This document shows positions 27,682 through 40,325 of a stretch of 64,000 bases of DNA, piece after piece. Made by a program: the position numbers and the translations under genes. The DNA lies in NCBI RefSeq assembly GCF_036321535.1, contig NC_087437.1, positions 97,342,001 to 97,406,000 of the forward strand, in the 5' to 3' direction. The stretch's first letter is position 1. Each line of letters opens with the position of its first letter. The notes beneath the pieces are model-generated. The model saw only the letters and a program-made list of their open reading frames with translations, searched no databases and was not told the origin of the DNA. The DNA is from Camelus dromedarius (taxonomy: Eukaryota).

Positions 27682-28106
27682 TGTATTAGGAATTTTTTGC
27701 CTGGGAAAGTAAGATTATAAAATAATAAATAACTTTATTCTTTGCTTTAGGCAATTCCTGCGATTCATTTATAAAAGATAGCATTCCGCTCACCTGAGTA
27801 AACAGTTCAGTTATCACAAACAGTTTAACTATTAAAATTCTCTTCTCAAAACCTTTGCTTTGCTCACGAATATTATGCTGTTAGATCATAAACTTTGCAT
27901 TCCCAATCAGGGGCATGCATTGAAAAACTCCCCTTAAACTACTTAAGTCAAGACCCACAAACTGTGTAAATATCTTGACTCTACATCTGAGGCACTGCTA
28001 AGAGTCTATCACAATGACGTTCTCTCTCACTGTAATAAATTCTAATACATTTAATTAGCTTTGTTTTACTAAAAAGGTATTTGATCATACTTTGAGAAGT
28101 TTAACA
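27682..28106 (+). mobile_element. ERV1 solo LTR (MER110-like)
   Basis: tgaggcactgctaagagtctatcacaatgacgttctctctcactgtaataaattctaa...ttagctttg...gtttaaca. Confidence 0.6.
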
Positions 28107-28211
28107 GAGCTTAAGCATAATTAATTAAAAAACAAGGAAAAGATGTGCATATGTCACCAATTATTTCAAAGACTTTTCAGTTTTAATATCCATTTCAAAT
28201 GCCTTTAGTCT

Positions 28212-29915
28212 TGCTGATGAAAGAAATTGAAGATGACACAAATAGATGGAAAAGTTCACTGTGTTCTTGGATTGGAAGAATCCATATTGTTTAAAGTGAC
28301 CATACTACCCAACGCAATCTACAGATTCAATGCAATCCCCATCAAAATACCAATGTCATTTTTCACAGAACTAGAACAAATAATTTTAAAATTTGTATGG
28401 AAACACAAAAAACCCTGAATAACCAAAACAATCACACTCCCTGACTTCAGACTATACTACAAAGCTGCAATATTCACAACAGTATAGTACTGGCATGTGC
28501 ATGTGTGTGTGCATACACACATACACACACACAGATCAATGGGACAGGATAGAAAGCCCAGAAATAAACCAGTGCACTTACGGTCAATTAATCTATGACA
28601 AAGGAGGCAAGAATAAACAATGGAGAAAAGACAGTTTCTTCAGTAAGTTGTGCTGGGAAAACTGGATGGCTACATGGAAAAGAATGACATTAGAACATTC
28701 TCTAACATTACATACAAAAAAATAAACTCAAAATGGATTAAAGACCTAAATGTAAGACCGAATACTATAAAACTCCTAGAGGGAAACATAGGCAGAACAC
28801 TCTTTGACTTAAATCAAAGTAATGTTTTTCTGGATCCCTCCCTTTCCTAAAGTAATGGAAATAAAAACAAAAGTAAACAAATGGAACCCAACTAAACTTA
28901 AAAGCTTTTACACAGCAAAGAAAACCATCAACAAAATGAAAAGAGAACCTACTGAATGAGAGAAAATATTTGCAAATAATATGATAAATAAGGGATTAAT
29001 ATCCAACATATGTAAACAGCTCATGGAACTCATATCAAAAAAGCAAATAACCCTATTAAAAAATGGGGGGAAAAACTGAGTAGACATTTTTCCAAAGAGG
29101 AAATGCAGATGGCCAATAGGCACATGAAAAGATGTTCAACGTCACAAATCTTCAGGGAAATGTAAATCAAAATCACAATGATTTATCACCTCACATCTGT
29201 CACAATGGCTATTATCAAAAAGCCTAGAATAACAAATGTTGGTGAGGATGTGCTTGTACACTATTGGTGAGCATGTAAATTGTTGCAACTACTGTGGAAA
29301 ACAGTATGGAGGTTCCTCAAAAAAGTAAAAATAGAACTACCATATAATCCAGCAATTCCACTCCTGAGTATATATCCAAAAAAAGACAGAAACACTAATT
29401 TGAAAAAAAATATGCCCCTCAATGTCCATAGCAGCATTATTTACAATTACCAAGACAGAAACAGCCTAAGTGGCCATCAACAGATGAATGGATAAAGAAG
29501 ATGTGGTATATATACACAATGGAACACCACTCAGCCGTAAAAAAGAATGAAATTTTGCCATTTGCAGCAACATGGCTGGACTTGGAGGGCATTATGCTAA
29601 GTGAAATAAGTCAGACAAAGATAAATACTGTATAATATCACTTATATGTGGGATCTAAAAAATACAACAAACTAGTGAATATAACATAAAAGAAGCAGAC
29701 TCATAGATATAGAGAAAAAATTAATGGATACCAGTGGGAGAGGCAACATAGGGGTGAGGGAGTGGGAGGTATAAACTATTAGGTGTAAGATAGGCTCAAG
29801 GATGTATTGTACAACATGGGGAATATAGCCAATATTTGTAATAAAAGAAATGGTAAGTAATTTTTTAAATTGTATAAAAATAAAATTGAAAAAATAAAAA
29901 TTAAAGAATTAAAAA
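28212..29915 (+). mobile_element. Degraded 5'-truncated LINE-1 (ORF2 3' part plus 3'UTR)
   Basis: ORF2 peptides in several frames ([77 protein letters not shown]) separated by frameshifts and stops; A-rich tail. Confidence 0.95.
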
Positions 29916-29934
29916 TTTAGAATCCCTTTTTTAA

Positions 29935-30106
29935 TATTAAATTTTTAAAATTTGTTTTATTTATTTTTTAGGGGAGGGAGGTAATTAGGTTTGTTTGTTT
30001 GTTTGTTTGTTTGTTTGTTTGTTTATTTATTTATTTTTAGAGGAAGTACTGGAGATTGAACCCAGAACCTCATGTGTGTTAAGCATGTACTCTACCACCT
30101 CCCCCC
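29935..30106 (-). mobile_element. Camelid-type tRNA SINE (Vic-1-like)
   Basis: gaggtaattaggtttgttt...gtactggagattgaacccagaacctcatgtgtgttaagcatgtactctaccac; internal (GTTT)n tract. Confidence 0.88.
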
Positions 30107-30389
30107 TAAAAATCCATTTATTCTCAAAAAAAAAACAAACACCAAATGCATTTGTATTTTTGAAAACCAATCATTTTAGAAGGCTTATATTTAGAAAACT
30201 GAAGACATATTTATGCTAGTCCATGGGTGGTGCAAATTGCATAGCCATGGTCCATGTCTTCATGGAGCATAGAGACTGATGGAAGGACAAGCTTTCCAAA
30301 GGGAAACAAATAAATGCACACATGATGACAAAAACCTTATCAGTGCCATGACAACCAACCCAAAACAAAATAGATAAAAGGAATGATTG

Positions 30390-31030
30390 ATCCTTTCTAA
30401 TCCCTGTTGTGATTAGACTGTGAGAATCTGGGAAGAATTCCCTAATGAAATAAAATTTAAGTTTTGAAGATTGAGTAAGAGTCATGCATGTCAAGACTGG
30501 AGGAAAGAGAATTACAATTAAGCAGCATGGATGGAAGTCCTGAGATTTGAAACAAAATAACAACAAAGAAAACTCTGTCTTTTTTCTTAAGGAACCAAAA
30601 GAAGGCCAATATATCTAGGCATGGAACATAGATAGGACAGATGCACAGTTGAGGGAGACGGATTGGAATGGTAGGAAATCTGGATTTTATTCTGTTTATA
30701 ATGGTAAAATTGTAGTGGTATTTAATAGGAGGTTATCATGATCTGACTTATGTTTTTAATAACAAAGTCTAGCTACTGGGTAGAAAATAAACTTCAGAAG
30801 GTGAAGAATGCATGTGGGGAGATCAATTAAGAGGCTATTGGAATTGTCCTGGGAAGAAAACATAGTGCCTTTGATTGGAGCAGTGGCCATGAAGACAGAG
30901 TGAACTGGAGGCACTCACTTCCAGTAGATTTCATTGTTAAAACCAACAAGATGTGGAAGTAAAATAGATATGCACACTAAGAAGAGGAAGGGGAAAGAAT
31001 GATTCTGGGTTGTCCTGATGAGCCACTGAG
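30390..31030 (-). mobile_element. L2 fragments
   Basis: tctggattttattctg...atcatgatctgacttatgtttttaa...gagatcaattaagaggctattg are typical antisense L2 motifs. Confidence 0.6.
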
Positions 31031-31061
31031 TAGAAAAATGAATAGAAATATAGAGAGTTTT

Positions 31062-31135
31062 ATATCTCTGTCTCTATCTATCTGTCTGTCTATCTACCTA
31101 CCAACCTACCTACCTATCTATATATACACATATAT
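31062..31135. repeat. Compound (TCTA)/(TCTG)/(CCTA) microsatellite
   Basis: tctctatctatctgtctgtctatctacctaccaacctacctacctatcta. Confidence 0.85.
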
Positions 31136-34011
31136 CTGATATGATAACCCATCAGAGGCTGGAATTTGTTGTACCTAATAGCTTCTCTCTGATGATGCAA
31201 AATCAGTTTCTTTTGTCTATTCTCCAGGCAATCCTTGAGCATTACAGTCATGTTCTAGGCATAGTGATCTACATCTAAGATGGAATATAAGAATATCTAG
31301 GGCCATCAATCTCATCCTATCTTCCTAATTGGAAAAAATCAAATTGCAGTAAAATAAAATTAAGAATTTGGCTGGGAAATCAGCTCAACTCCGATAAACT
31401 TATATAGTTCAGCTCTGTAAAAAGAAACAGAGTTAACATAGGAGCCATTAGAACTTCTACATAGCAGATAATTAAGACTCATTAGAGAAATAGATGTTCT
31501 AGTCTAGAGTTTAGCATCCCCCAAATTTTTACTCAAAATAAACTTTTCTTAATTAGGTGGAAAATAATATACACAGCAGGGAATAGAACTAGGATTTGTC
31601 AAAGCTTCCAGGGAATAGTATTAAGGTAAACTACTCCCTAAACATAACTTTTTACTGGTAAGGTGCACAAATTCATTAATGACTACAAAGTGTCCATACA
31701 AGAACTATAAACCAAAGTGGAATAAAAATTCATGAAACATTTAATACTGAATTTTAACTAAAATCCAGGAAAAAAAATTGGTTAGCAGGAAAATGCTGAG
31801 TAACTAACCAGCCATGCCATGACATTTATTTGCTAGTTTTCAAAACCTGCATTAACCTTTCTGTGGTCCAGTTAACTTGTTGTCTTGTGTCTTCAAATTA
31901 CAAAAAAAGGATACAATTGAATTATACCCTGTGCCTTGCCTAGCACCTGAAAAGCACTGAAATCATTGCAAATTAAATGACAAGTAACTCAGTCAATATT
32001 TCATTTACTGCTTCGCAGCTGTTGAAAGAGTTACTCTTGTGAGCAGATATGCAGGAAATGGGAGTCAACTTTACCATTCCCTGAACATTTAAACATTTAT
32101 TTTTCTGGTTTGAAAAAAAGTTTTCCCCTAATAAAATACACATACCTCATATTAGGTTTGTGTTTGTTTTTTCAGTTGGTCTTTTCTTACTGTTGAAGTA
32201 TAGCTATGCAATGCACAACACATACGGAAACTAAAAAACAGTTAGAGGTAACTTTTATAAAATTAAGTTCCTCCCTTTGATTGATATGAGTATTAAAACC
32301 TCTTGGAACTATTCTAACTCTCCATTTCGTTTAGAAAGAGTGAAAACTCTCTAGAACACAACAATTTTGTATGGCTGATAAGATGGTGATGAGCCAACAC
32401 TAGTAGGAGGCTCTAGAAGTAAGACATGTGGGTGACTTGCAGGGAGCAAGCACGCATCACTCAGCAGAGCAAAGTAAGGAGCTGGACTTCTTATTCTGAG
32501 GGGTGACTAAAGAGAATAATTTAGAAAATTCAGTAAGTTGGGCAGATGTAGGGCTTCGCATGAATTCCTGAGCCTTTTGAGTATGGAGAAAAATGTTCAA
32601 ACCAAAATGACACAAGAAGATGAGAATAGAATGTTAAGACTAAAGCTTGGTGATTATAGGAAAGAAACACCAACTATAAGGAAAAAATAAGCCAAAATCA
32701 TTTTTTAAATGGATTAATTTTTATATGATTAAATGGAAACTCTTTTTTTACTGAGATGACTACTGTATTTTAGAATCATTTTCCCAAGGAAATTTACTAC
32801 AGGTAGGTTTCATAGACCGTTGAAATTAATCATCTGTCACAGTGCAGTAGTTACAGTCATCCATCCACTCACTCAACAAATACATGAGGAATTTCTACAA
32901 CATTCCAGGCTTGCTGGGGCACACAGAGAATACAATAGTGAAGGTATTGGGCCCTAACCTCTAGGGGTTTATGCTCTGGTGGACTTTCACACTCAATCAA
33001 CATATTTGAAACATAATCAAGGTTGATTTTTTCCATATAGAAAATATGTGTAAGTTTTAAAATATGTGCAGTAGATATGATAGACACATATTGTAATATT
33101 AAAGTAATGAGTTGTTTTTCAAGTTTTACAAAGGAAAATTTGAAGTTAAGAGTTTTTCAAAACGGTGCTTTATGATGTGAGTGACAATATTTATATAGTA
33201 TGCTTAATTTCACTGGTCATTACGTAAAGAAACTTGAAACTATTCATAAATCAATATTGTACAGATAAAATCAATTTTATTTAAGAAATTTTCAAAAGAT
33301 GATATTAGTCTCATCTAGATATAGAAGTCATATAATTCATTAAAGTTTCTCAAACTAGTTAAATGATATTGTCTGAGTATTTTGATTCGTCTTTAAAAAT
33401 TATTTTTACAGCATATTGCCAAGAAAAGGGACCTTGTGTTATGTCTGTTCTAACTCATTCATTTTACTTATAATTCCGTAATCTATCTAAAATCATAATT
33501 TTTGCCTTAAAAAATTTTCCAGCTTTCTGGTCTCCTGATGCCCCATGCAATGCTTCTTCCAATAAATTATGTTGCTTCTCTAAATTAATTAATATATAAG
33601 CTATATCGCTTAAAAGAGAGTCCCAAACGAATATGATGCAAGCTAAACAGACATGTGGTTTCTTTCATCTAAAAGCCTGGAGAATCCAGGGCTTGTAATA
33701 AAACTCCACAATTCTCAGGAAAGTGGGCTTCTTTTATTTCATTCTTCTGCCATCTTCATACATGGTTTCTACCTTTTGATCTCAGACAAGTATCCTATCC
33801 ACATTCCAGGCAATGGGAAGCAGGTGGAAAAGACAATGCATGCTCCTTCCCTTTTATAATGTAACTCAGGAACCACACACAGCACCTTCCACGGGCCAGA
33901 TCCTAGTAACATAACCACTCCCAGCTCCAACTAAAATTTCTCTTACCAAGAGAAAAAAAGTGATGCCCAGGACAGCTAGCTAGTCTTTGCTACATCTTCA
34001 GAACAATCTCT

Positions 34012-34228
34012 CAAGTTCTATTCCTGGCTCTACCTCTTACTAGCTGTGTCAACTTAATCTCTCTATGCTTCAGTTGTCTTGTTTCTAAAATAGAAAAAAT
34101 AATGATAACATTTACTTCAAGGGTGTGTTATATATGAATTCAATTAAGATATGATATGTAAAATGCTTAAAAGACTGCCTGGCAGAATACCTAATAATCA
34201 TTAGCTACTGTTTACTGTTGTTATTGTC
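34012..34228 (+). mobile_element. MIR SINE
   Basis: ttcctggctctacctcttactagctgtgtcaacttaatctctctatgcttcagttgtcttgtttctaaaatag...atgtaaaatgcttaaaagactgcctggca. Confidence 0.8.
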
Positions 34229-35264
34229 ATCTGATGGCAGAATTAGACTCCTCCCAAAGCCCCTCTCTGAAGCCTCATTCCTCCCAAATTAAAAAAAAAA
34301 AAGAAAAAGGAAAAGAAAAAAATCTTATCTGATTGTTTAGCTAATAGACAAGATCTTTACTGTATGGGTAGACACACAAAATGTTAGTCCCAGTTCCAAC
34401 TTATTCAATTACTAGTTTTGAGAGCTTTTTATCTGTTTAATGGGAGAAGTTAATACTGTTATCTTTGTTCTCTAAATTTCCCCCAAGTAATAATAATAAT
34501 AATAATAAAACAGGGCAGATACAATCTTAATAATTTGGCTGCAAGGAGGTAAACAATAGGCGAAAGAGTAAACACTTCTTTTCTCACCCACAAAGCACCC
34601 TGCCTGCAAGTGCAGCCTTCTGCTGATGACTCTTCCTGGCTCTCTCCTGTCTCCTGAGCTCCTGCAATTTTTCTCTTCCTTGATCCTTGATCCTATTCTT
34701 AGAGTGTTACCAGCTGCTTCCCAGTCTCTGGGGTACTATAGTATTGTCCCTGTAGCTTTTTTACGTTATTCTGTAACTTTTCCCTGAAATGATCATGAAA
34801 GATCTGTTGTTCCATTGTTTTCTATTTCCTTACACTTTACCAAAACACCATCTGACCTCATCTGCCTCCTTCCCAAGCCGACATTCCCTAGACTGGAGAG
34901 CTTAGGCAGGACTGTGGGGCGGGGTGCACCCTCAGTAGAGCAAAGCGTGGACTGTGCTGAAGCAGCTGAAAGCTGCAGTATAGTTCAACACACCAGGAGG
35001 GAAATGCAATGGGTTTAAGGGCCCCAAAAGGATGCGGAAGTCAATTTTGCAATCTGGCATCAAAGGTCCAAGTGAAAAAGGTTAAGCAAGTGACTCAGAG
35101 AAAATTGGAAATTAAGGGAATGAGAAACCCTTAGGAATTGCCTTTTTAGTGTGAGGTGTTTTAGGGTTCAGTTGTGTTTGTTGATTTAAAGAGCCAGGAA
35201 AGACCTGGAGGCAGTGCAGACTTCCCACACAGCGACTTAATTCCATGTGTAAATATATATACAG

Positions 35265-35682
35265 TGTCTTAGGTTGGGTTGGGTTGGGTTGCACAGGAGC
35301 AGAGCCTGACACAGGAATTCTTGTTCCAGCAGTGAATTTGGAGGAGTGCTGTCAGGAGTTGCGGCGTGAGGGACACAGAAGAGATGTTGCAGAGCAATAG
35401 AAACTAAGCAAAAATATGGCCTTCATCTGCAGACTAGCTTCTGCCCGAGTCTACCAGGAAGCTCTGGCTGCTAAACTCTATCACAGAATTAGCCTCTCAG
35501 GGAGGTAAGGAGGCCAGCCTCTTGTACCTGATACTAGTAGGTTGTAGCTAAGGCTGCTCAGCTCCAGGGGCTGGTCCGGAGCTGGAAGCCAACCAGGGCA
35601 GCACAGGGGCTTTCATTTGGCCAAGAGCAAGTACCTGAAGAAGAGGGCAGTTGTGAGTTTTTGGCAGCAAACCCAGCACCTG
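35265..35682 (-). mobile_element. ERVL solo LTR (LTR33/LTR67-like)
   Basis: tgtcttaggttgggtt...gcagagcctgacacaggaattcttg...ggagtgctgtcaggag...agactagcttctgccc...gggcagttgtgag. Confidence 0.65.
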
Positions 35683-35687
35683 AACCT

Positions 35688-35999
35688 TGTCTTAGCTCAG
35701 GCTGCTATAACAAAAGAAGAGTTGTGGAGGCTGGGAAATCAAGATCAAGGTCCTGGCATGAACAAGTATTTGATGAAGGTTTTCTTCCTGATTTATAAAC
35801 AGTTATCTTCTCTTTGTGTCATCACATGGCAGAGAGAGAGCTAGCTCCCTTCCTTTTATAAAGACACTAATCCCATCACGGACGCTCCATCTTCCTGACC
35901 TAATCACCCCCGTTAGCCCTACCTCCTAATACCGTCACACTGGGAGTTAGGGTTTCAACTTACGAATTTTGGGGGAAGACAAACATGTGGTCCATAACA
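35688..35999 (-). mobile_element. MaLR LTR (MLT1A-like)
   Basis: tgtcttagctcaggctgctataacaaaa...cactaatcccatca...gaattttgggggaagacaaacatgtggtccataaca. Confidence 0.85.
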
Positions 36000-38444
36000 C
36001 CTGTAATGCAACTGGCTGAAACACAGCTATTGAAGAACTGTTTTGGAAAGCACCTATGATTGCTATTTATGTCAATAAGGAAATGTATTAAGCAAGATCA
36101 CTTTCTGACCATGTAATAAAGGAGGAAAAAGGAATGTCTCAAACTTTTCAGAGCCATTTAGGAAAAAAATATATGTAACATTTCAGCAACTACTGTGATA
36201 ATATTTCAGAGTGGTAATCAGGACTTTTGCTGTTCTCTATTTAACATATTTTATAGTATCTGACAGTTCTAGTATCCCTAAAATAGGATTCTAATCTCTT
36301 CCCACTTTGCTTCATATGTGAAGGTTTAATTATTCACAATTCCACCCTGAAAATTGTCCTGATACATTGACGCCAATAATAAAAAATTTAAAAAAAAAGG
36401 AAAGACCATTAAATTTTATAGCATCCAGGCAGTAATCTTTTTTCTCTCTAAAGTATATAATTATTTTTTAACTGCTCTAATTCACAGAGAACAAAACAAA
36501 ATATATGTAAGAGACACAATTAGCAACAATCTGCAAATGCGGTTTTATCACACATCAATTGTTTCATGAATACAATTTAAAGTTTGGTGCAAAAACGAAT
36601 CTTTCATCTTCTTCTGGGATTTGAAGGCTAAAGTGTTAAATGGGCTACTGTACTCAGTAATGTAACTGAGCATGAACTTAAAGCAAAAGAATTTTCCAAA
36701 TCGAGTTTGAGTCAATGAAGCTTATTTTGTAAAACTTCTAAGACACAAATATATGAGCTGCTGGAGAGCTAGGACTTCTCAGTTCTTTTCTCTGCTGTAT
36801 CTTCTGCACTAGAACAGTGTCTAGTACATAGTAAGTGCTCAGTAAGTATTTCTGCAATGAATGCAAATGTGTTTATTATTGATTTTATCTTTTGTTTGCA
36901 CAATTCTTAATCGTTCCTTGTCAATTTGCTTTTCCTTTTTATCTTTTTATTTATCCCATGCCCTTAAGATTCTGAGAAGTCTACATTGTGTGTGTGGATA
37001 ACAAGATAAAATTTCTAGAAAACACAATAGGATAGGCCTCTTATGAATAGGGGATAGAAAATGCTATCATCCTAGAGAACCACAGGTGACCATAAATGAA
37101 ATGTAAATTAGGTGCTATTGGTAGATTTCTGCGTTTAGAAATCCCATTATCCAAAGCTGCTTGAATGAGGAAAGATTTTGCCCTTCTGTGGAAATATCTT
37201 CCCCTACCCACTATCTCCATAAGGGTTAAGTTTTCATTACAAAGCAAATTACCTGCATATTAAAATAGCTTTTCTTATGTCATAAAGAGGTAATACTTTT
37301 GCCATTTAACTCATGACATTTTAGAGTTACGTAGACTCTGTCAATGCAATCCAGAAACACTAGCGCTTATGGTCACAGTAATTTCTGATAGTTCTAAAGC
37401 TGAAATTTGATATGTTGACTAATTATTAACACTTCTTACCTATGTAAGTAAAGCTGGCTTAGGTGAAGTGTATAAAAAAAAGAGCACAACATCTCCCCTG
37501 CCCGCAGAGTTTACTTTTTCCCAATGCAATGCTCTTCCCATTCATTTGCAACCAGTTGGCATCCATCCTCTGTTTTTCACTTCACTCCAATCATAGCACA
37601 CCTGGATTATTCTAGATGTCTCCATAATGCACTTCAGTAATGTCACCTTCAAGTGATGTACTCAGTATAATAACTTTATCATGAAAACCCCCACTGAAAT
37701 AGTTTCAAATTTTTGCTAGGACATTTTAACTTAGCAATGTCCTTGAAACCATAGTTCCAGAATAGCAGCCCAGTCTGGTCCTTGTTACTCCCCTATCACA
37801 GTGGTTCTGTCTAGAATGGGCTGTGTGCTCTGCCTGATCACATCGTGATCCTATTTCACCCTTCCTTTTTACAACTACTAGTCTCACTGTGAACCATGCC
37901 TTCCTTCAGCACATTCCAGTCCAGATTTCCTTCAAAGTCCTACTCATACCTCTCACCCTCAGGATGCCTTCTCTGACAATCTGCAACCAGACTGCTATCC
38001 TGCTTTCTTAAGAACCTGCAGCAGTTACTCTCTAGACCACACATTTATCACTTCTGAGAAACAGGTAGTCCCTAATTTGAGGCTGAGGTCACAACAGACA
38101 TGTGCTTTACATAAACCAGTTATTAATAAGATACTGTATTAACTGTCAAGGCTCAAGTTTTGCTACAAAAATTAAATAACTTAATTTGTATTCTTGATCA
38201 GATAGAGATCATCACGACTCTTCCTAAGAAGTTCCTTTGAATCAATGAGCATGGTCCCATTAAGTACTCAAATGAAACCACAGATTAGGTACCATCAAGT
38301 AGAGAAGATAAAACCATGTCAAGAGAACTTGGACGTTGTCCTTCACACCTGTCCATCTCAACACAATATAATCATTCCTGACAATTGCTTGGCTTAGTTC
38401 TATATTCAAATAGATTAATCAAGATGACATCTCTTAAAAAAAAA

Positions 38445-38597
38445 AGCGTGTGTGTATTTATGTGTGTGTACACGCCCATGAATATACATTATATAGGTAC
38501 ATATGACATATATTATATGCATATATACACGAACATATGCAAATATTTATATATAGTATACATACCATATACACATATAGAATGTATATTATATAAA
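38445..38597. repeat. Degenerate (TG)/(TA)-rich low-complexity tract
   Basis: gtgtgtgtatttatgtgtgtgtacac...atatatacac...tatatatagtatacatacc. Confidence 0.75.
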
Positions 38598-38787
38598 GTC
38601 CTGCCAGATAATTTTAATTTTTTTTCTGTTAAACGAAATTATTGGAATCAGAACATTGTTATGGTTAACATTCTGATACTGTGGTATTCATTGTTGGCCT
38701 TACCTGAAAAAACGCCACCAAATCTATTCAACTTTCTTCATCTCTGTAACTACCATTTCACCCAAACCATCATTCATAGGTTAGAGC

Positions 38788-38953
38788 ACTGGTTTTCAAA
38801 TTTTAGTGAGCATCAGAATTACCTGGAGTTTTTGTTGAACTACAGATTAACCTAAGTCTAGGGGAGAAGGCTGGGCTGAAAATGTGCATTTCACACAAGT
38901 TCTCGAGTGATGCCAAAGCTACTGGTCTTTGGACAACATTTTTAGAGACCCTG
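38788..38953 (+). mobile_element. MER5A-like hAT element nested in an L2 fragment (about 38730-39190)
   Basis: ctggttttcaaattttagtgagcatcagaattacctggag...tgtgcatttcacacaagttctc...gagaccctg; L2 motifs ccaaaccatcatt and gactactgtaaaaggttcctaattggtctccctgct lie on either side. Confidence 0.75.
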
Positions 38954-39684
38954 GAATTGACTACTGTAAAAGGTTCCTAATTGGTCTCCCTGCTTTTATT
39001 TTCTGTTTTTTTGTTTTTGCATGTTTTTTTTTTTAATCTTCTCTAATCTCCTCTCTGAAAGGAGAAAGTGAGATTCTTTGAAAATATAGATCAGATTATT
39101 TTATTCCAGTGCTTGCAACATTTCTCTGGCTTTACACTTCACGAAGAACAATATGCAAACTCCTTAAAATGGTGAAAAAGGCTCTCTTTGATGCTTTTCA
39201 AAACTTTTTGTGACTGTACACACAGAAAATGATCATATTTGTATGGCATCCTAGAGTAAAAGAATGGGGTTTCTTGAGATCAAAGGAAACCAGAGTCCAA
39301 GTCTCCAGCTGGCCGAGGTTTCTACAGGCCACACGGGGCTGACAGGATGCATTCTAGGTATGCCTTTAACCTCATCTCAGCCCCAAAGTTTGGGAGGCAA
39401 TCACTGTCTCAGAACGTCAGTAGCTGTCCCAAGCACTGTGTTGGTAATACCTGAATTTTGACCCTGCTTCCGTCTCTAATATCACCGCTTTATTTCACAT
39501 TCATGTCCTCCAGACACACTGTCTTTTTTCCTGGGCCTATTTCTTTTTGTATCTGGGTGGTACAGGCTTGTGCATAAGTCAGTAATCTTATCTCTTACAT
39601 TTATTATTGTATCCTACTAAAACTATGCTGGCCTGGAAAAGATGCTCAATGGTTTTAATTCATTTATTAATTAGCCAATACATT

Positions 39685-39685
<1 letters not shown>

Positions 39686-39733
<48 letters not shown>
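39686..39733. repeat. (TATC)n tetranucleotide microsatellite
   Basis: About 12 perfect units. Confidence 0.97.
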
Positions 39734-39876
39734 ATTTATTTATTAATTGGCCAATACATTTGAGATGCTTCTTTAATTCACTCCTAGAAAGTAAAGAAGC
39801 ATAAAGAATGATGTTTATCTTCCTATTTCCAATGTCATCCAAGATTCATACCAAATTATTTAGATATACTGTGCTG

Positions 39877-40325
39877 CAAGGAATAATTATATTACTTACA
39901 AATTAAGGTTTTTGATGATCAGTCTCGTGCTAATATGGAATAACACCATGGACAGGTGTTTGAAAGTGAGAGATTACTATATTAACAGGTCCTAGAAGAG
40001 AGAAGCATGGTCACCGTGCAAGAGGTCATATGGGAGGAGCACCCAAGGACTGGGCTCAACCAAACAGGCGGGGAGCTGAGAAAGAGTAAGAGCTGGTGGG
40101 CAAATGTCTTTTTGGGGGATTTGGGGGAAAGTCAGGTTGGAGCACATAAGCTAAAGGCTTGTTGGGATTTCACTGGTGCATTTGAATGTCACTAGGTCAC
40201 AATCAGAGGAGGGCAAGAAGGGGACCTTCATCATACTGGTATCCTGGACACCTGGGTGAGCTGCTCACAGACTGTGGAGATGTTAAGGCATCAGGAAAAT
40301 ACAAAGCTTTAAAAATGAACAATGC
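39877..40325 (-). mobile_element. Old ERVL-type LTR (MER74/MER76-like)
   Basis: aaggtttttgatgatcagtctcgtgctaatatg...attaacaggtcctagaagagagaagcatgg; family assignment tentative. Confidence 0.5.

Noticed and set aside
38385..38855. 156-aa ORF
   Set aside because: Made of TA-rich low-complexity sequence and MER5A/L2 sequence
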